Positions 20,093 to 30,969 of a DNA stretch of 64,000 bases are shown piece by piece. The position numbers and the translations under genes were made by a program. Every line of letters starts with the position of its first letter. Positions within the stretch are counted from its first letter, which is position 1. The notes below the pieces were generated by a model. The model saw only the letters and a list, made by a program, of their open reading frames with translations. It made no database searches and was not told the DNA's origin. This DNA is from Terriglobia bacterium (lineage in GTDB: Bacteria > Acidobacteriota > Terriglobia > 20CM-2-55-15): assembly GCA_963664115.2 (NCBI GenBank), contig CAXWPJ010000009.1, positions 448,001 to 512,000 on the forward strand. Direction: 5' to 3'.

Positions 20093-20968
20093 TCATCCGG
20101 TCCCGCTGCGGTCCGAACGCCGATTGCGATATCTTTGTTTCACGTCAATGGACGACCCGCCGAGACGGGTCAGGCGATACGTTCCCCGTGCAACCGCTGT
20201 CGCATATCCTTCCTTTACAAGAACCTGATTTCCAATTCCAGCTTCCACACGCGATAAACCTGTGACACGCGCCAGCTCACCGGGCAGTGTGAGGCCCGCG
20301 CCGTCGAGATAGCAATGAGCGACTTCTTTTACAGCCCTGAGGTGGTTCGTCCTTGCAGCGAGTTCTTCGGGAAAACGCTCCGTGGCCAACTCCCAAAGGT
20401 AGGTGAACTTGGGGCGGTAGATGGCTTCGCTGGGGACGACGAGCATGGCTCCCTGAAGTTCATCCATCGCGTGGGTGAAGGCTTTCCGATCCGTCATGCC
20501 GGATTCCGAACGTAGATCGGCGGTGGCCATTTCCCACTCCCGGCGTAACACCGCCAGGATGGCGCGTGCCGCCTCGGTCAAACGCACGCTTTCGTGTCGC
20601 CGCGGAATGCCCCGGAGGGCTTTGAAATACGGGACCATCCGTGGAGCCAGAAACATGGCTCTGCCCCGGGAAAGCTTGGCGTAGTAGACACGACCGCGTC
20701 TCAAGAGCTCGTCTTTCAACTGCCACGTGTGCGAGCTTTCCTGGTCTTTCTGGACATTGCGCGGCATGATGGCATCGCGCCTTCCGCAGACGGCGATGTA
20801 GAGCGACGGACCGGGTCGACGCGAGTCTGTCATGCAGCCCGCGAACCCGACTTGTTCAATAAAGCGCTCCGCTTGTTCTGCCGTGTTCACAGCCGCGGTT
20901 TCCGACCGCAGCCAACGTCGGTCACGGAAGGCTTCGATGTCTTCGGGGAGCGGCTGTCGACGGGGCAT
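20093..20968 (-). CDS. AlkZ-like winged-helix DNA-binding protein
   Basis: FIEQVGF...[17 protein letters not shown]...VYYAKL pattern. Confidence 0.55.
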   Translation of the reverse strand: MPRRQPLPEDIEAFRDRRWLRSETAAVNTAEQAERFIEQVGFAGCMTDSRRPGPSLYIAVCGRRDAIMPRNVQKDQESSHTWQLKDELLRRGRVYYAKLSRGRAMFLAPRMVPYFKALRGIPRRHESVRLTEAARAILAVLRREWEMATADLRSESGMTDRKAFTHAMDELQGAMLVVPSEAIYRPKFTYLWELATERFPEELAARTNHLRAVKEVAHCYLDGAGLTLPGELARVTGLSRVEAGIGNQVLVKEGYATAVARGTYRLTRLGGSSIDVKQRYRNRRSDRSGTG

Positions 20969-21348
20969 GTCCGGAGTCTAAACCCTGAGGACGGCAACTC
21001 ACGCGTCATGATTACGAAAGTCTTCATCCAGAACGAATCCGGCCCGTCCCCGTGGGTTCTTTGTAGAAAGGAACGACGCCTTGATCAACGGAATCCGATG
21101 GGTCGACTCTCTGATCGAAATCGTTGGCGGGGAATGCCTCATTCCGGAATTGCGCGAGCGGGCGCTCGTCCCGGACGGCATTGTGAAGCCGGCGGTGGTC
21201 ACGGGAAGGGACCCACGGATTGTTATTGGTTGCATGTGCGGGTAGGATTCAACCCGGATATCGCCCCGGAATAAAAAGTGGGCCCGGCGTTACAGGCGTC
21301 GGCAAGAGTACTTGAACGGCTACAAACAAACAATATGGGAGGACCCTC

Positions 21349-22407
21349 ATGGCAAATCGTAGAGACTTCTTAAGAGCCCTCGGTTACGCGGGGGCTGGGA
21401 CCTTGCTGATGGGAGGCGGCTTCGGCGCCCGGGCTCAGGCACCACGGAAGGAAGTGTTTGTTGGCGGACGACGCACGACGGTCGTTGACGTTCACGCTCA
21501 CTGTGCTTTTAATGACGAGCTCCGGGCCAGCCTTCCAGACGCGGCTCCTAATGGACGCCGTGCCGTCCTGGGGCCGGACCGTCTGGAAGAGATGGACAGA
21601 CGCGGCATCGATATCCAGGCGCTCAGTATCAATCAATACTGGTGGTACGCGGCCGATCGCGGCCTTGCGGCCGAGATCGTACGGATCCATGACGAAAACC
21701 TCGCCGCATGGTGCGCCATGCACCCTGACAGGTTTGTCGCTCTCTCGTCCGTGGCGCTGCAGCATCCCGATCTCGCGGCCGAGCAACTCGAACACGCGGT
21801 CAACAATTTGGGCCTTCGGGGCGCTTCGATCGGCGGCCACGTGAACAATGAGCCTCCGACCTCGGCCGAATACGACCCGTTCTGGGCCAAGGCCCAGGAG
21901 CTCGACGTTCCGGTCTTCATGCACCCGGGCGGTGCGGAGAACGTTGTGCGCGAGGACGGACTGGCCGGCCGGGGGGACCTCGGTAATATCATCGGGAATC
22001 CGCTGGAAACAACGGTTTTTCTCACTAAGATGATTTTTGACGGGGTTCTGGACCGCTTTCCGCAACTGAAAATCTGCGGGTCCCACGCCGGGGGCTATCT
22101 GCCATCCTACCTGGGCCGTACCGAAGTCGCCTGCACGGTGAGAAACAATGCGAATTGCGCAAACCAGAAGAATCCGAGTGAATATCTCAGAGACCAGATT
22201 TTTGTCGATTCCATGATCTTTTCCGAAGAAGGCTTACGCCATCTGGTTGCCGAAACCGGCGTGAGCCAGGTTGTATACGGGTCCGATATACCATTCAACT
22301 GGCCGGATACGATTGACCTGATTGCCGGGTCGCCCACTCTTGCTGACGCCGACAAGGAGGCAATCCTCGGAGGCAACCTGATCCGCCTGCTGCGAATCGA
22401 CGCATAG
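21349..22407 (+). CDS. Amidohydrolase-2 family protein with Tat signal
   Basis: NRRDFL Tat motif, DVHAH, FMHP, HAGG, YGSDIPF. Confidence 0.88.
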   Translation: MANRRDFLRALGYAGAGTLLMGGGFGARAQAPRKEVFVGGRRTTVVDVHAHCAFNDELRASLPDAAPNGRRAVLGPDRLEEMDRRGIDIQALSINQYWWYAADRGLAAEIVRIHDENLAAWCAMHPDRFVALSSVALQHPDLAAEQLEHAVNNLGLRGASIGGHVNNEPPTSAEYDPFWAKAQELDVPVFMHPGGAENVVREDGLAGRGDLGNIIGNPLETTVFLTKMIFDGVLDRFPQLKICGSHAGGYLPSYLGRTEVACTVRNNANCANQKNPSEYLRDQIFVDSMIFSEEGLRHLVAETGVSQVVYGSDIPFNWPDTIDLIAGSPTLADADKEAILGGNLIRLLRIDA

Positions 22408-22928
22408 TGATGCACGAGATTCCGCCGCAACATGACAGCCCGACAGCGACAGTCGGGCTGTGCGGCTTGCCACCCCCTGAACCGCGAACGCCGATCGTTT
22501 TACTTATCGGTCAAAGTTTCATCATGACCGCCGGATCTTCACGGGTCACGACCTTGGGTGCTATCGAAGACGATGACTACCGGGTAACGACGTAGCGATT
22601 ACGTACTTCCATGGTCTCCCGTTACTTGCTACCTGGCGGCAAGGCAGGAGTCATCTGGCGTTTAGGGGTTTCGGCCTTTCTCCAAGGAGTGCCCGCTGTT
22701 GCTTCCGATGCTGAAGCTGGAATTCGAAGCGAACGGGTCCCGGGCCTCATGACCGCTATCCGGATCCCGGAGCCTCGGAATTGCCGCACGCGGTCCCCGG
22801 CTTCATCAATTAAGGGCCTCTGATTGCGCCTACACGCCCCGCATGCGGCTCCTACCCGTGATGTATACTCGGAATTCCAATCCCTGTATTACTTGTATTA
22901 ATAAAATGAACAGCATCTGAAGGGTGTA

Positions 22929-25367
22929 ATGAAATTATTTCGATTCGGGTTGATCTGTATCTTCTTAACGCCGTCGGCTTTTGGACAGCTTACCGCGCGC
23001 AATCCGGTCGACGAACTGAAGGACCAGCTGACCCGGGCCCTGGAGGAAGCACAGGTCCCTCTCACCTCAGATCAGGAAAGGCAGTTGGCGCTGCTCATTG
23101 AAGAGGAGCGTCAGGCTGCGGAAAACCTGTTTGGCGAAACCTGGGATTTCAGTCAGGGTCCGCCCCAGGGCGAGCAGCAGGACCAGGCCCTGGCCGGCAT
23201 CCGGTGGATGTATGACGAGATGAAGAACAGGCTTCCCGTCTACCTGAACGAGGCGCAGAGAGCGGCGTGGGAGAGCTACCAGAGAGAGCAGAACGCGGCG
23301 TTTTATGAGGAAGATTCCCCGGATGCCGTCGCTGGGAGCGGAAGAATTCAACAGATCCGCGTGACGAATAACGCTTTCAATGTTGAAACCGCCACAGCTG
23401 GCGGTAGTCGGGGCCTGGCGGAAGGTGGGGCGAGAACCGAGGTGATCGAGCGCGGCGGCATCGGCGCCTTTCACGGAAATTTCAGACTGACCTTCCAGGA
23501 CGAATCGCTGAACGCCCGGAATCCTTTCGCGGACAATAAGCCGCCCTACTACGAACGGACAATCAATGCGAACGTCAGCGGTCCCATCATTCGAGACCGC
23601 CTCTCGTTGAACTTCACAGCCGACGACAACAAACAGGAGAACGTCGGCACTGTTCAGGCAGAGACGCTGGATGGCCCGTTTTCACTGGGGGTCACCCGCC
23701 CGACGCTGAACCGATACTACGACCTGAAAAGCGTGCTGCAGCTGGCTGACGCCCACTCGCTGATTACGAGTTTCCAATACGCCACCGCGGACAGAAAGAA
23801 CGAGAACGTGGGCGATTTCAGCCTCCCCGAACGCGCTTCCCGCACACAAGGGCAAAACTACATGATCGATCTGCGGGAAATCTCGATTCTTTCCGAACGC
23901 ACCGTTCACGACCTCAGCTTCAGATGGACCAGAGAGCATGGCGAGACGAATCCGTTCAGCGATGCGACAAAGATAAACGTAAAGGGCGCTTTCGAGGCCG
24001 GGGGGGCGCAGAACCGGAGCCGGACCGACAGGGATATATACGAAGTGTCCAACCTCATCTATTTTGCCGGTGACAGGCTGACGATGAGAAGCGGAGTGCA
24101 GGCCTGGCATTTGCGCAATCGCATCGACTCGGAACGGGATTTTTTCGGTGAGTTCACGTTTTCCGACCTTGACAGTTACCGCGCCGGACAGCCGCTGCAA
24201 TACAGCATCACCTGCTGTGATTCCTTGTTTGAGATGAGCCAGACGCAGGTGGCGTTTTTCTCCCAGAATGACATCAGGCTGACAAACACATTCACGCTGA
24301 TGCTGGGGGCCCGCTACCAGATGCAAACCAACATTCGTGATCGGAACAATTTTGATCCACGCATCGGATTTGCCTACGCGATCGGCAACGCGACCGTCAT
24401 CCGGGGAGGAACAGCGCTGTTCACCGGATGGCTGACCGCTAACTTCATTGAAAGATATGGCCGCGTGGATGGAGAACAACGCTACCAAATCCAAATTGAC
24501 AATCCGGGCTGGCCGGACCCGTCCACATCGGGCAGCATCCGGCCTCGATCCTTCCGCGTCATAGAGCCCGATCTCAAGGCGCCATACTACTGGGTTTCGC
24601 AGGTGGCTGTGGAGCGGAGCCTTCCCAACAATCTTTTCGTGACGGTGGCCTACGACGTGAGCCGCGGCGTTAAAAACGGCCGAACCCGAGACATCAATGC
24701 CCCCCTGCCCGGATCCGACGTCCGGCCGCAGCCTGACAAAGGCCAGATCGCTCAGCTTCAGAGCAGCGGCGGGTCATTGCACCAGCATTTCAAGGCCACC
24801 GTTCGACAGCGTTTTAGCGTCTTCAATGTCACCGCGGACTATTTGTATTTCCGCGGAAAAAGCGACGAAAGCATCCGCGCCAGGGGCAGCGATGTTGAGC
24901 TGCCGACGAACAGCTACGACCTCAGTCAGGAATGGGGCACTCACCAAAACCCGCGCCATACTTTCAATGCGGGGGTCAATTCAAGGTTGCCGCTGGACGT
25001 GTACTTGACCACGGTGATCGAGGCAAGGAGCGGCAGGCGATATACGATCACCACAGGCAAGGACGACAACAACGACGGTTCAATCAACGACCGGCCGGCC
25101 GGCGTTCCGAAGAACAGCGAGGTGGGCCCTCATTTTTTCAATGTCAGCTTTAACTTTTCCAAGGCTTTCGAGTTCAACGGCGGCGGTGCGCTCCAGGGTG
25201 GATCGAGTTCCGGACCGCAGCTGAACGTCTTCGCAAATCTGAACAACGCTTTCAACATGACCCACCCGGGAACGCCCAGTGGCGTCATGACATCCCGGTT
25301 CTTCATGAGGTCCTTCAATGCGACCTCGCCCCGCACAATCGAAGCTGGAATGAGATTCCAGTTCTGA
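22929..25367 (+). CDS. TonB-dependent receptor (Oar-like)
   Basis: Signal peptide, LNARNPF, NNFDPRIGFAY, C-terminal PRTIEAGMRFQF. Confidence 0.85.
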   Translation: MKLFRFGLICIFLTPSAFGQLTARNPVDELKDQLTRALEEAQVPLTSDQERQLALLIEEERQAAENLFGETWDFSQGPPQGEQQDQALAGIRWMYDEMKNRLPVYLNEAQRAAWESYQREQNAAFYEEDSPDAVAGSGRIQQIRVTNNAFNVETATAGGSRGLAEGGARTEVIERGGIGAFHGNFRLTFQDESLNARNPFADNKPPYYERTINANVSGPIIRDRLSLNFTADDNKQENVGTVQAETLDGPFSLGVTRPTLNRYYDLKSVLQLADAHSLITSFQYATADRKNENVGDFSLPERASRTQGQNYMIDLREISILSERTVHDLSFRWTREHGETNPFSDATKINVKGAFEAGGAQNRSRTDRDIYEVSNLIYFAGDRLTMRSGVQAWHLRNRIDSERDFFGEFTFSDLDSYRAGQPLQYSITCCDSLFEMSQTQVAFFSQNDIRLTNTFTLMLGARYQMQTNIRDRNNFDPRIGFAYAIGNATVIRGGTALFTGWLTANFIERYGRVDGEQRYQIQIDNPGWPDPSTSGSIRPRSFRVIEPDLKAPYYWVSQVAVERSLPNNLFVTVAYDVSRGVKNGRTRDINAPLPGSDVRPQPDKGQIAQLQSSGGSLHQHFKATVRQRFSVFNVTADYLYFRGKSDESIRARGSDVELPTNSYDLSQEWGTHQNPRHTFNAGVNSRLPLDVYLTTVIEARSGRRYTITTGKDDNNDGSINDRPAGVPKNSEVGPHFFNVSFNFSKAFEFNGGGALQGGSSSGPQLNVFANLNNAFNMTHPGTPSGVMTSRFFMRSFNATSPRTIEAGMRFQF

Positions 25368-25409
25368 CCACCTAAGGTCAAAGGCGAGGTCGGGAGCGAG
25401 TCCTGAAAC

Positions 25410-26246
25410 TTATCTTGCTTCCGCCCTCTGCTTGGCCAATTCGTCCTGGAACTGTTTCTCGTATGTATCCACGTGATTCGGAAGCGTCGTCGGGTCGATG
25501 AATGGATTGGGACCCTGACCGACCTTCGCAAGCTTTTCGAGAAGACCCCAGTGGTGTCCATGAGAACCCAGGAAAACGTCGGCATGCAGGGTTCTCGCAA
25601 GCTGGTAGGTGCGTACGTAATCATTGGCCTTGTCGGGATAGTCCGCATTGTTTACGAGAACACGCCCGCCGGCTCCGAAGCCGCAACCAATCACGACATC
25701 GTAGGTTCTGTCTCCGTCTTGAGCCTCCATCGTGTACGTCGTGCAGCCCTCCGTATGTCCAGGCGTGAGCACAGCCGTGAGGGTAACGTCGCCGAGCTGC
25801 ACGCTATCTCCGTCGCGGAAAACCCTGTCGACCGGGTGTGGCTTTTCGCCGGGCTTTATGTTTCGTAGCGCGGGAACGTCCTGTTCCATGGCCATCACTT
25901 GAGCCCCGGTCAATGCCTTGATCTGGGCGTCTCCTTCCTGGTGATCCACGTGAGCGTGACTGCCGAGGACGATTCTAATGTCGTTAAATTCGAACCCTAG
26001 TTTCTCGACACTTCCCCGTATCGTCGGAAGCTGTCTTTCGAAGCCACTGTTGATGAGGATATGGCCCTCGGACGTGGTGATCAGATACGAGGAGTGTTCC
26101 GCCTCGGGACCCACAAAGTAAACATTCCCGACTATCTGGAATGGTTCCACCAACATGTCCGCAGGTCTAGTCGCTTCTTGAGCCAGGAGTTGTGCTGAGC
26201 TCAAGGTCACGAGCAGTAAAAGGTAAGGTAAGGCGCATTTTTTCAT
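25410..26246 (-). CDS. Subclass B3-like metallo-beta-lactamase-fold protein (secreted)
   Basis: Start MKKCALP with signal peptide; PFQIVGNVYFVG, HAHVDH, PGHT, SH. Confidence 0.85.
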   Translation of the reverse strand: MKKCALPYLLLLVTLSSAQLLAQEATRPADMLVEPFQIVGNVYFVGPEAEHSSYLITTSEGHILINSGFERQLPTIRGSVEKLGFEFNDIRIVLGSHAHVDHQEGDAQIKALTGAQVMAMEQDVPALRNIKPGEKPHPVDRVFRDGDSVQLGDVTLTAVLTPGHTEGCTTYTMEAQDGDRTYDVVIGCGFGAGGRVLVNNADYPDKANDYVRTYQLARTLHADVFLGSHGHHWGLLEKLAKVGQGPNPFIDPTTLPNHVDTYEKQFQDELAKQRAEAR

Positions 26247-26433
26247 GGCGAAACCAATAGCACAGCGCAGGGACGCAATGCAAGAAGCCGTGCGATTGGT
26301 GTAAACGCGCGGTCTGGCTGGTGGTTCCGCCAGGTGGATTTGAAACACACTTTCGCTCAAATCTTTCGCGGCGCGGCGCCCGGAGTAAACTGTCGCTGAA
26401 ACCTGTCGTCCTGAATATAATTGCGGGACACAA

Positions 26434-27399
26434 ATGCAGATCGCGGGGACCATAGTTATCATCGGCCTGATCTTACTGGCGGGCGTCGGCGGAATCGCTG
26501 AGGTCTCCAATATGACCTTGGCGCCGCAAGAAGCAGGACCTCCCGTCGTTCGGTCTCAGCTCCTTTGGCTGGACCGTGATGGCCAGCAAATCGCGACACT
26601 GGGAGACCTGGAAGACTTCGGGAACATCGAGTTGTCTCCGGCCGGAGACCAGGTGGCCGTAGCGTTGATGGACAACTCCGAGGGGACGCGAGATATCTGG
26701 TTGTACGATGTTGTCGGGGGAAGTCGGACACGTTTCACTTCGAACCCGGCGGATGAGAACTGGATGATCTGGTCTCCCGACGGAAGCCGCGTGGTCTTCA
26801 ACCGGTTCGAAGGCAACGAGCTTGGCCTTTACCAGACTCTTTCGGACGGAAGCGGGGCCGAGGAACTGCTCATCAGTGACGCCGACGGCAAGTGGCCCGT
26901 CAGCTGGTCTCCCGACGGCGAAATCATCCTGTACGTGACCAACAGCGCCGGTACGGGCAACGATCTGTGGGCCTTGCCCTTGTCCGGTGATCGGGCGCCC
27001 TATCCAATCTTCCAATCGCGATTCGTTGAGAACTGGGCTTCGTTTTCTCCAGACGGGCGTTGGATTGCGTTCAGTTCGACCGAATCCGGTCGCGCCGAAA
27101 TCTATGTGACTTCGTTTCCAACCTCGGATCGCCGGTGGCGGATTTCCGCGGGCGGAGGATCGCAATCACGATGGCGTCGCGACGGCGAAGAACTGTTCTA
27201 CCTGGCTCCGGATCAAACGCTGATGGCCGTGGAGTTCCAGGGACAGGGTTCAGATATCGAAGTGGGCCCGGCGCGGAAACTGTTCGAGATCCGTCCTCCA
27301 TGGCTGTCCTACCGCGCTTACCATCCCACCGATGGAGAGCGCTTTCTGGTAAATCGCCTGGTCTTTGCTCCGGGTCAGGATAACCAGCGCGCCGAATAA
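26434..27399 (+). CDS. TolB-like / PD40 beta-propeller protein
   Basis: Repeated WSPDG/FSPDG motifs, hydrophobic N-terminus. Confidence 0.82.
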   Translation: MQIAGTIVIIGLILLAGVGGIAEVSNMTLAPQEAGPPVVRSQLLWLDRDGQQIATLGDLEDFGNIELSPAGDQVAVALMDNSEGTRDIWLYDVVGGSRTRFTSNPADENWMIWSPDGSRVVFNRFEGNELGLYQTLSDGSGAEELLISDADGKWPVSWSPDGEIILYVTNSAGTGNDLWALPLSGDRAPYPIFQSRFVENWASFSPDGRWIAFSSTESGRAEIYVTSFPTSDRRWRISAGGGSQSRWRRDGEELFYLAPDQTLMAVEFQGQGSDIEVGPARKLFEIRPPWLSYRAYHPTDGERFLVNRLVFAPGQDNQRAE

Positions 27400-27528
27400 A
27401 TCTCACACGTGAATCTGGCAACAGTTCCACCGGGCGTCGGGTCACACCATCCACTGCGAATCCCGATTGTTTTACTTGTCGGCCAAAGATCACTCATGAA
27501 GGCTGGATCTTCAGGGACATCTACACGT

Positions 27529-28110
27529 TTAATTTGTGATGTCTTGGATCAGCGCCGGCTGCGGACCAATCACCTGCTCCATCGCTCGGTGCGCGCAGAT
27601 TTCGTCGCTCCACTCCGGTACACGGGGCGCCATGCCCCCAACGCCGATGAAGCCGATTATTTGACTATCGACCCAAATCGGCAGACCGCCCGAGTTCGGG
27701 AAGAAACCCAGGTTCCACTCACGCACCGCGCGCGTTGGATTGCGGATCACGTTGTTCATCCGCTGCTTACTGGGGGCGCGAGCCAGCATGGCTGTCTCAG
27801 CTTTTAGTTCGGCGGTATAGATTGCGATGTGGCGGGCTGCGCCATCCATACGGTGCTGGTGAACCACGTCGCCGAAATTGTCCAGGATAACAATGGCCGC
27901 ACTCAAGTTCCGTTCCTCAGCCATGCTCTGGCAGGCATCGGCGATGCCTCGGGCGGTCGCAGCGTTGATCATGTTCATTTCGCCGATCCGCGCGGCAACT
28001 TCGCCTGTGATGACGAATTTCGAATCGACCTGCGCCAACGCGTCGGGCACTGTCAGCGCCACTAAAGCAACTGCTGTCAGTCCGCCTATTATCTTTTTGC
28101 TGAACCTCAT
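27529..28110 (-). CDS. GlcG/HbpS-family heme-binding protein (secreted)
   Basis: AIVILDNFG...RMDGA, KAETA, GGLPI...IGFIGVGG; start MRFSKK after AGGAGG. Confidence 0.82.
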   Translation of the reverse strand: MRFSKKIIGGLTAVALVALTVPDALAQVDSKFVITGEVAARIGEMNMINAATARGIADACQSMAEERNLSAAIVILDNFGDVVHQHRMDGAARHIAIYTAELKAETAMLARAPSKQRMNNVIRNPTRAVREWNLGFFPNSGGLPIWVDSQIIGFIGVGGMAPRVPEWSDEICAHRAMEQVIGPQPALIQDITN

Positions 28111-28373
28111 CGTTTCCTGCCTCCTATTCTGAAGATGCGCTATCAATGCTCACTACCAAAGACAGAATGCCCGGACGTGTCATTGAAAGCAAAGAGTTAA
28201 TTGGCCACGCCGAACTTTCACATCCGCTCTGTTTGGAGCGTTAATGAAGCCCTGAATATCGGTACTCATGGAGCCTCAGGGTATGAAGCGGAATATCGCT
28301 TGATTCAAGTATATAATCCCGTGAAATAAACATTTCTCCCTTGGATCTGTGGTGGGAGTCGTTGGAGGCTGCA

Positions 28374-29714
28374 ATGAACACGAAACTCCATGTCTTTCTG
28401 ATCGTTCTTTTAACCTTGGCCGTATCGTGCACACCGGCGGAGACCCCTCCGGCTGCGGAAAACGCCGATCCCGGTGTCGCATTTGTCGGTGTCAATCTGG
28501 TGCCGATGGACACGGAGAGGGTCGTGGCCAATCAGACCGTCGTGACGCGTGACGGCAGCATCGTTGCAATGGGGCCCGTCGAGAGTACCGACGTTCCGGC
28601 TAATGCTCTGCGCGTTGAGGGCAACGGGATGTACCTCATGCCGGGACTTGCGGAAATGCACGGGCATATCCCGGATCCGGAGGAGCCTCAGCAGCTCACC
28701 GAGGATGTCCTGTTCTTATATGTTGCGAACGGAGTCACGACTGTCCGCGGTATGCAGGGCGCTGAGGGCCAGTTGGATCTACGCCGTCGGGTGAATACGG
28801 GCGAGCTGGTCGGACCGAACCTCTACCTGGCCGGATCCAGTTTCAATGGCGACGACGTGCTGACCGCCGAGGCGGCCATCGAGAAAGTGCACGTTCAGAA
28901 AGCGGAGGGATGGCATCTCCTGAAAGTTCAAAGCGGGCTGAGCCTTGCCACCTACGATGGGATGGTAGAAACGGCCCACGCCGAGAGCATGCGATTTGGT
29001 GGTCATGTGCCTGCCGATGTCGGTCTCATTCATGCGATTGAGGCCGGGCAGGAGACCTTCGATCACATGGACGGTTACGTGGAATATGTGGCCGACGGTG
29101 CAGGCAATCTGGATGAAGCCCGACTGGCCGAGGTTGTCACCCGAACGCGGGAGGCCGACGCATGGATCGTCCCGACGATGGCGGTTCGGGAGGTCCTGCG
29201 GGGGGCGCTCTCCGTGGAAACCGTTCGCGCTTATCCCGAGGCGCAGTACATGCCGCCCGAGATGGTCGAGCAGTGGATCGCGCGCGTGGAATCGAATTTC
29301 GCGAACCCCGACTTCGATCCGGCTGCAGTACGTCAGTTGATCGCGAATCGGATGCGGGTCCTGGCGTCACTTCACGAGGGTGGCGTGGGCGTCCTGCTCG
29401 GCACGGATGCGCCTCAGGTCTTCAGCGTTCCAGGTTTTTCAATCCATCGCGAGATGGAACGAATGGTTGCGGCAGGCATGACTCCCTATGAAGTGATCGC
29501 CTCCGGCACACGGAACGTCGGCGAGTACTTCCAGAACGAGGACCATTTCGGGACCATCGAAGTCGGTACGCGCGCCGATCTGATTCTGGTCGAGGCGAAC
29601 CCCTTGGATGATGTGAGCAACATCGCCCGGCGCGCCGGCGTCATGGTCCGCGGGCAATGGTTGTCTGAGGCCGATATCCAGGAGCGCCTGGCACGAATTG
29701 CCGCTTCCTATTGA
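28374..29714 (+). CDS. Amidohydrolase-family lipoprotein
   Basis: Lipobox AVSC, MPGLAEMHGH, GTDAP, GTIEVGTRADLILV. Confidence 0.88.
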   Translation: MNTKLHVFLIVLLTLAVSCTPAETPPAAENADPGVAFVGVNLVPMDTERVVANQTVVTRDGSIVAMGPVESTDVPANALRVEGNGMYLMPGLAEMHGHIPDPEEPQQLTEDVLFLYVANGVTTVRGMQGAEGQLDLRRRVNTGELVGPNLYLAGSSFNGDDVLTAEAAIEKVHVQKAEGWHLLKVQSGLSLATYDGMVETAHAESMRFGGHVPADVGLIHAIEAGQETFDHMDGYVEYVADGAGNLDEARLAEVVTRTREADAWIVPTMAVREVLRGALSVETVRAYPEAQYMPPEMVEQWIARVESNFANPDFDPAAVRQLIANRMRVLASLHEGGVGVLLGTDAPQVFSVPGFSIHREMERMVAAGMTPYEVIASGTRNVGEYFQNEDHFGTIEVGTRADLILVEANPLDDVSNIARRAGVMVRGQWLSEADIQERLARIAASY

Positions 29715-29736
29715 AACTCTGTTTCCTTAGGGGAAA

Positions 29737-30405
29737 ATGGGTATGAGGCGAGCCAGCTTTCGTAAGATGGCAGAACTGAAAATCCTATGGGTCATCGCGA
29801 TTCTGTTGTCGATGGGCGCTGTTACATCGTGTGCTCCCGCAGAGGAGCTGACTCCGCCCGATTCTTTCCCGGCCGATGCGGATGAATCCGGGGACAGCAG
29901 TTCACCGTATGTCAATGGCACAAGTCTTGTGCTCCCCGCCGACTACCGCGAGTGGCCGTTCGTCGGCTCGGGTCTGGGTCTGACTTACTCAGAGGAAGGT
30001 GCCTCTGGGGAGAGACCGCCGTTATTCTCAAATGTTTTCGTAAACCCGGCCGCTCATCGAGGGTTTATGGAGACCGGAATATGGCCCAACGAATCCATCT
30101 TCGTTCTGGAATTTCGGCACTCTGAAACCGACGCGGCTCCCAATAACGGCGGTCGGTTTCAAGGCGACTTGTTGGGGATCGAGGCAGAGGTCAAGGATTC
30201 CCGATTTCCCGACGGCTGGGCTTTCTTTAACTTCGGGGGTGTCCCGGCTCTATTAGACGTTGCAGAACCGCTTTCCGGCGAAGCGGCTGCGCCTTGTGTC
30301 CAGTGTCACACCGAGAACACAGCGGTGGAACGCACCTTCGTACAGTTCTATCCCACGCTTCTCGAGGTCGCCCGCCGCGAGGGCACCGTAAAACCCGGAT
30401 TCTGA
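29737..30405 (+). CDS. Cytochrome P460 / c'-beta family lipoprotein
   Basis: LPADYREW, NVFVNP, GWAFF, CVQCH, FVQFYP; start may be 29767. Confidence 0.82.
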   Translation: MGMRRASFRKMAELKILWVIAILLSMGAVTSCAPAEELTPPDSFPADADESGDSSSPYVNGTSLVLPADYREWPFVGSGLGLTYSEEGASGERPPLFSNVFVNPAAHRGFMETGIWPNESIFVLEFRHSETDAAPNNGGRFQGDLLGIEAEVKDSRFPDGWAFFNFGGVPALLDVAEPLSGEAAAPCVQCHTENTAVERTFVQFYPTLLEVARREGTVKPGF

Positions 30406-30480
30406 CGCATCAGGTCAGAGCGCGTCCCGAAATTCAGAGCGGTAAAATTGGGATACCCGAACGCGAAGTGAGGACGAGTT

Positions 30481-30969
30481 TTGAACGATTCGAGACCTGT
30501 GAACAGCAAGAACGCCGATAACGCCGGGGTCGCGTTCCATCCACCGGTACTGTTGGCAGCGGTCATTGCCCTCGCCTTCGGTGGGCGGTGGGCGTTCCCG
30601 CTCAGCTTTCTTCCGCCTCGCCTGTCCGCGACGGGTGGCCCGATTATTGTAGCCGCATCTTTTGCTTTGTTCTTTGCGTCTGTGTATACGATGCGACGGG
30701 GAGGGGGGTCCATCCCGACCGGCGAACCGACCGACGTCATTGTGAAGCAAGGCCCATACCGACTTTCGCGTAACCCGATTTATCTCAGCATGCTTTTTCT
30801 TCAGATGGGGCTCGGTGTCTGGACCAACAGCGCTGGGTTCTTCGTCCTGACCGTCGCATTCCTCGTTCTTGTGACATGGGGCGTCATCTCTCGCGAGGAA
30901 CGATATTTGGAGCGGAAATTCGGCAGCGAATATATCAGTTATAAGGCGCAAACCCGACGTTGGTTGTAG
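30481..30969 (+). CDS. Isoprenylcysteine carboxyl methyltransferase family membrane protein
   Basis: GPYRLSRNPIY, REERYLERKFG..Y..Y...TRRW. Confidence 0.88.
   Translation: MNDSRPVNSKNADNAGVAFHPPVLLAAVIALAFGGRWAFPLSFLPPRLSATGGPIIVAASFALFFASVYTMRRGGGSIPTGEPTDVIVKQGPYRLSRNPIYLSMLFLQMGLGVWTNSAGFFVLTVAFLVLVTWGVISREERYLERKFGSEYISYKAQTRRWL

Noticed and set aside
20999-21290. Possible gene remnant (MITKVFIQNESG...)
   Set aside because: Only a few residues are suggestive and no coherent frame can be supported without a search.
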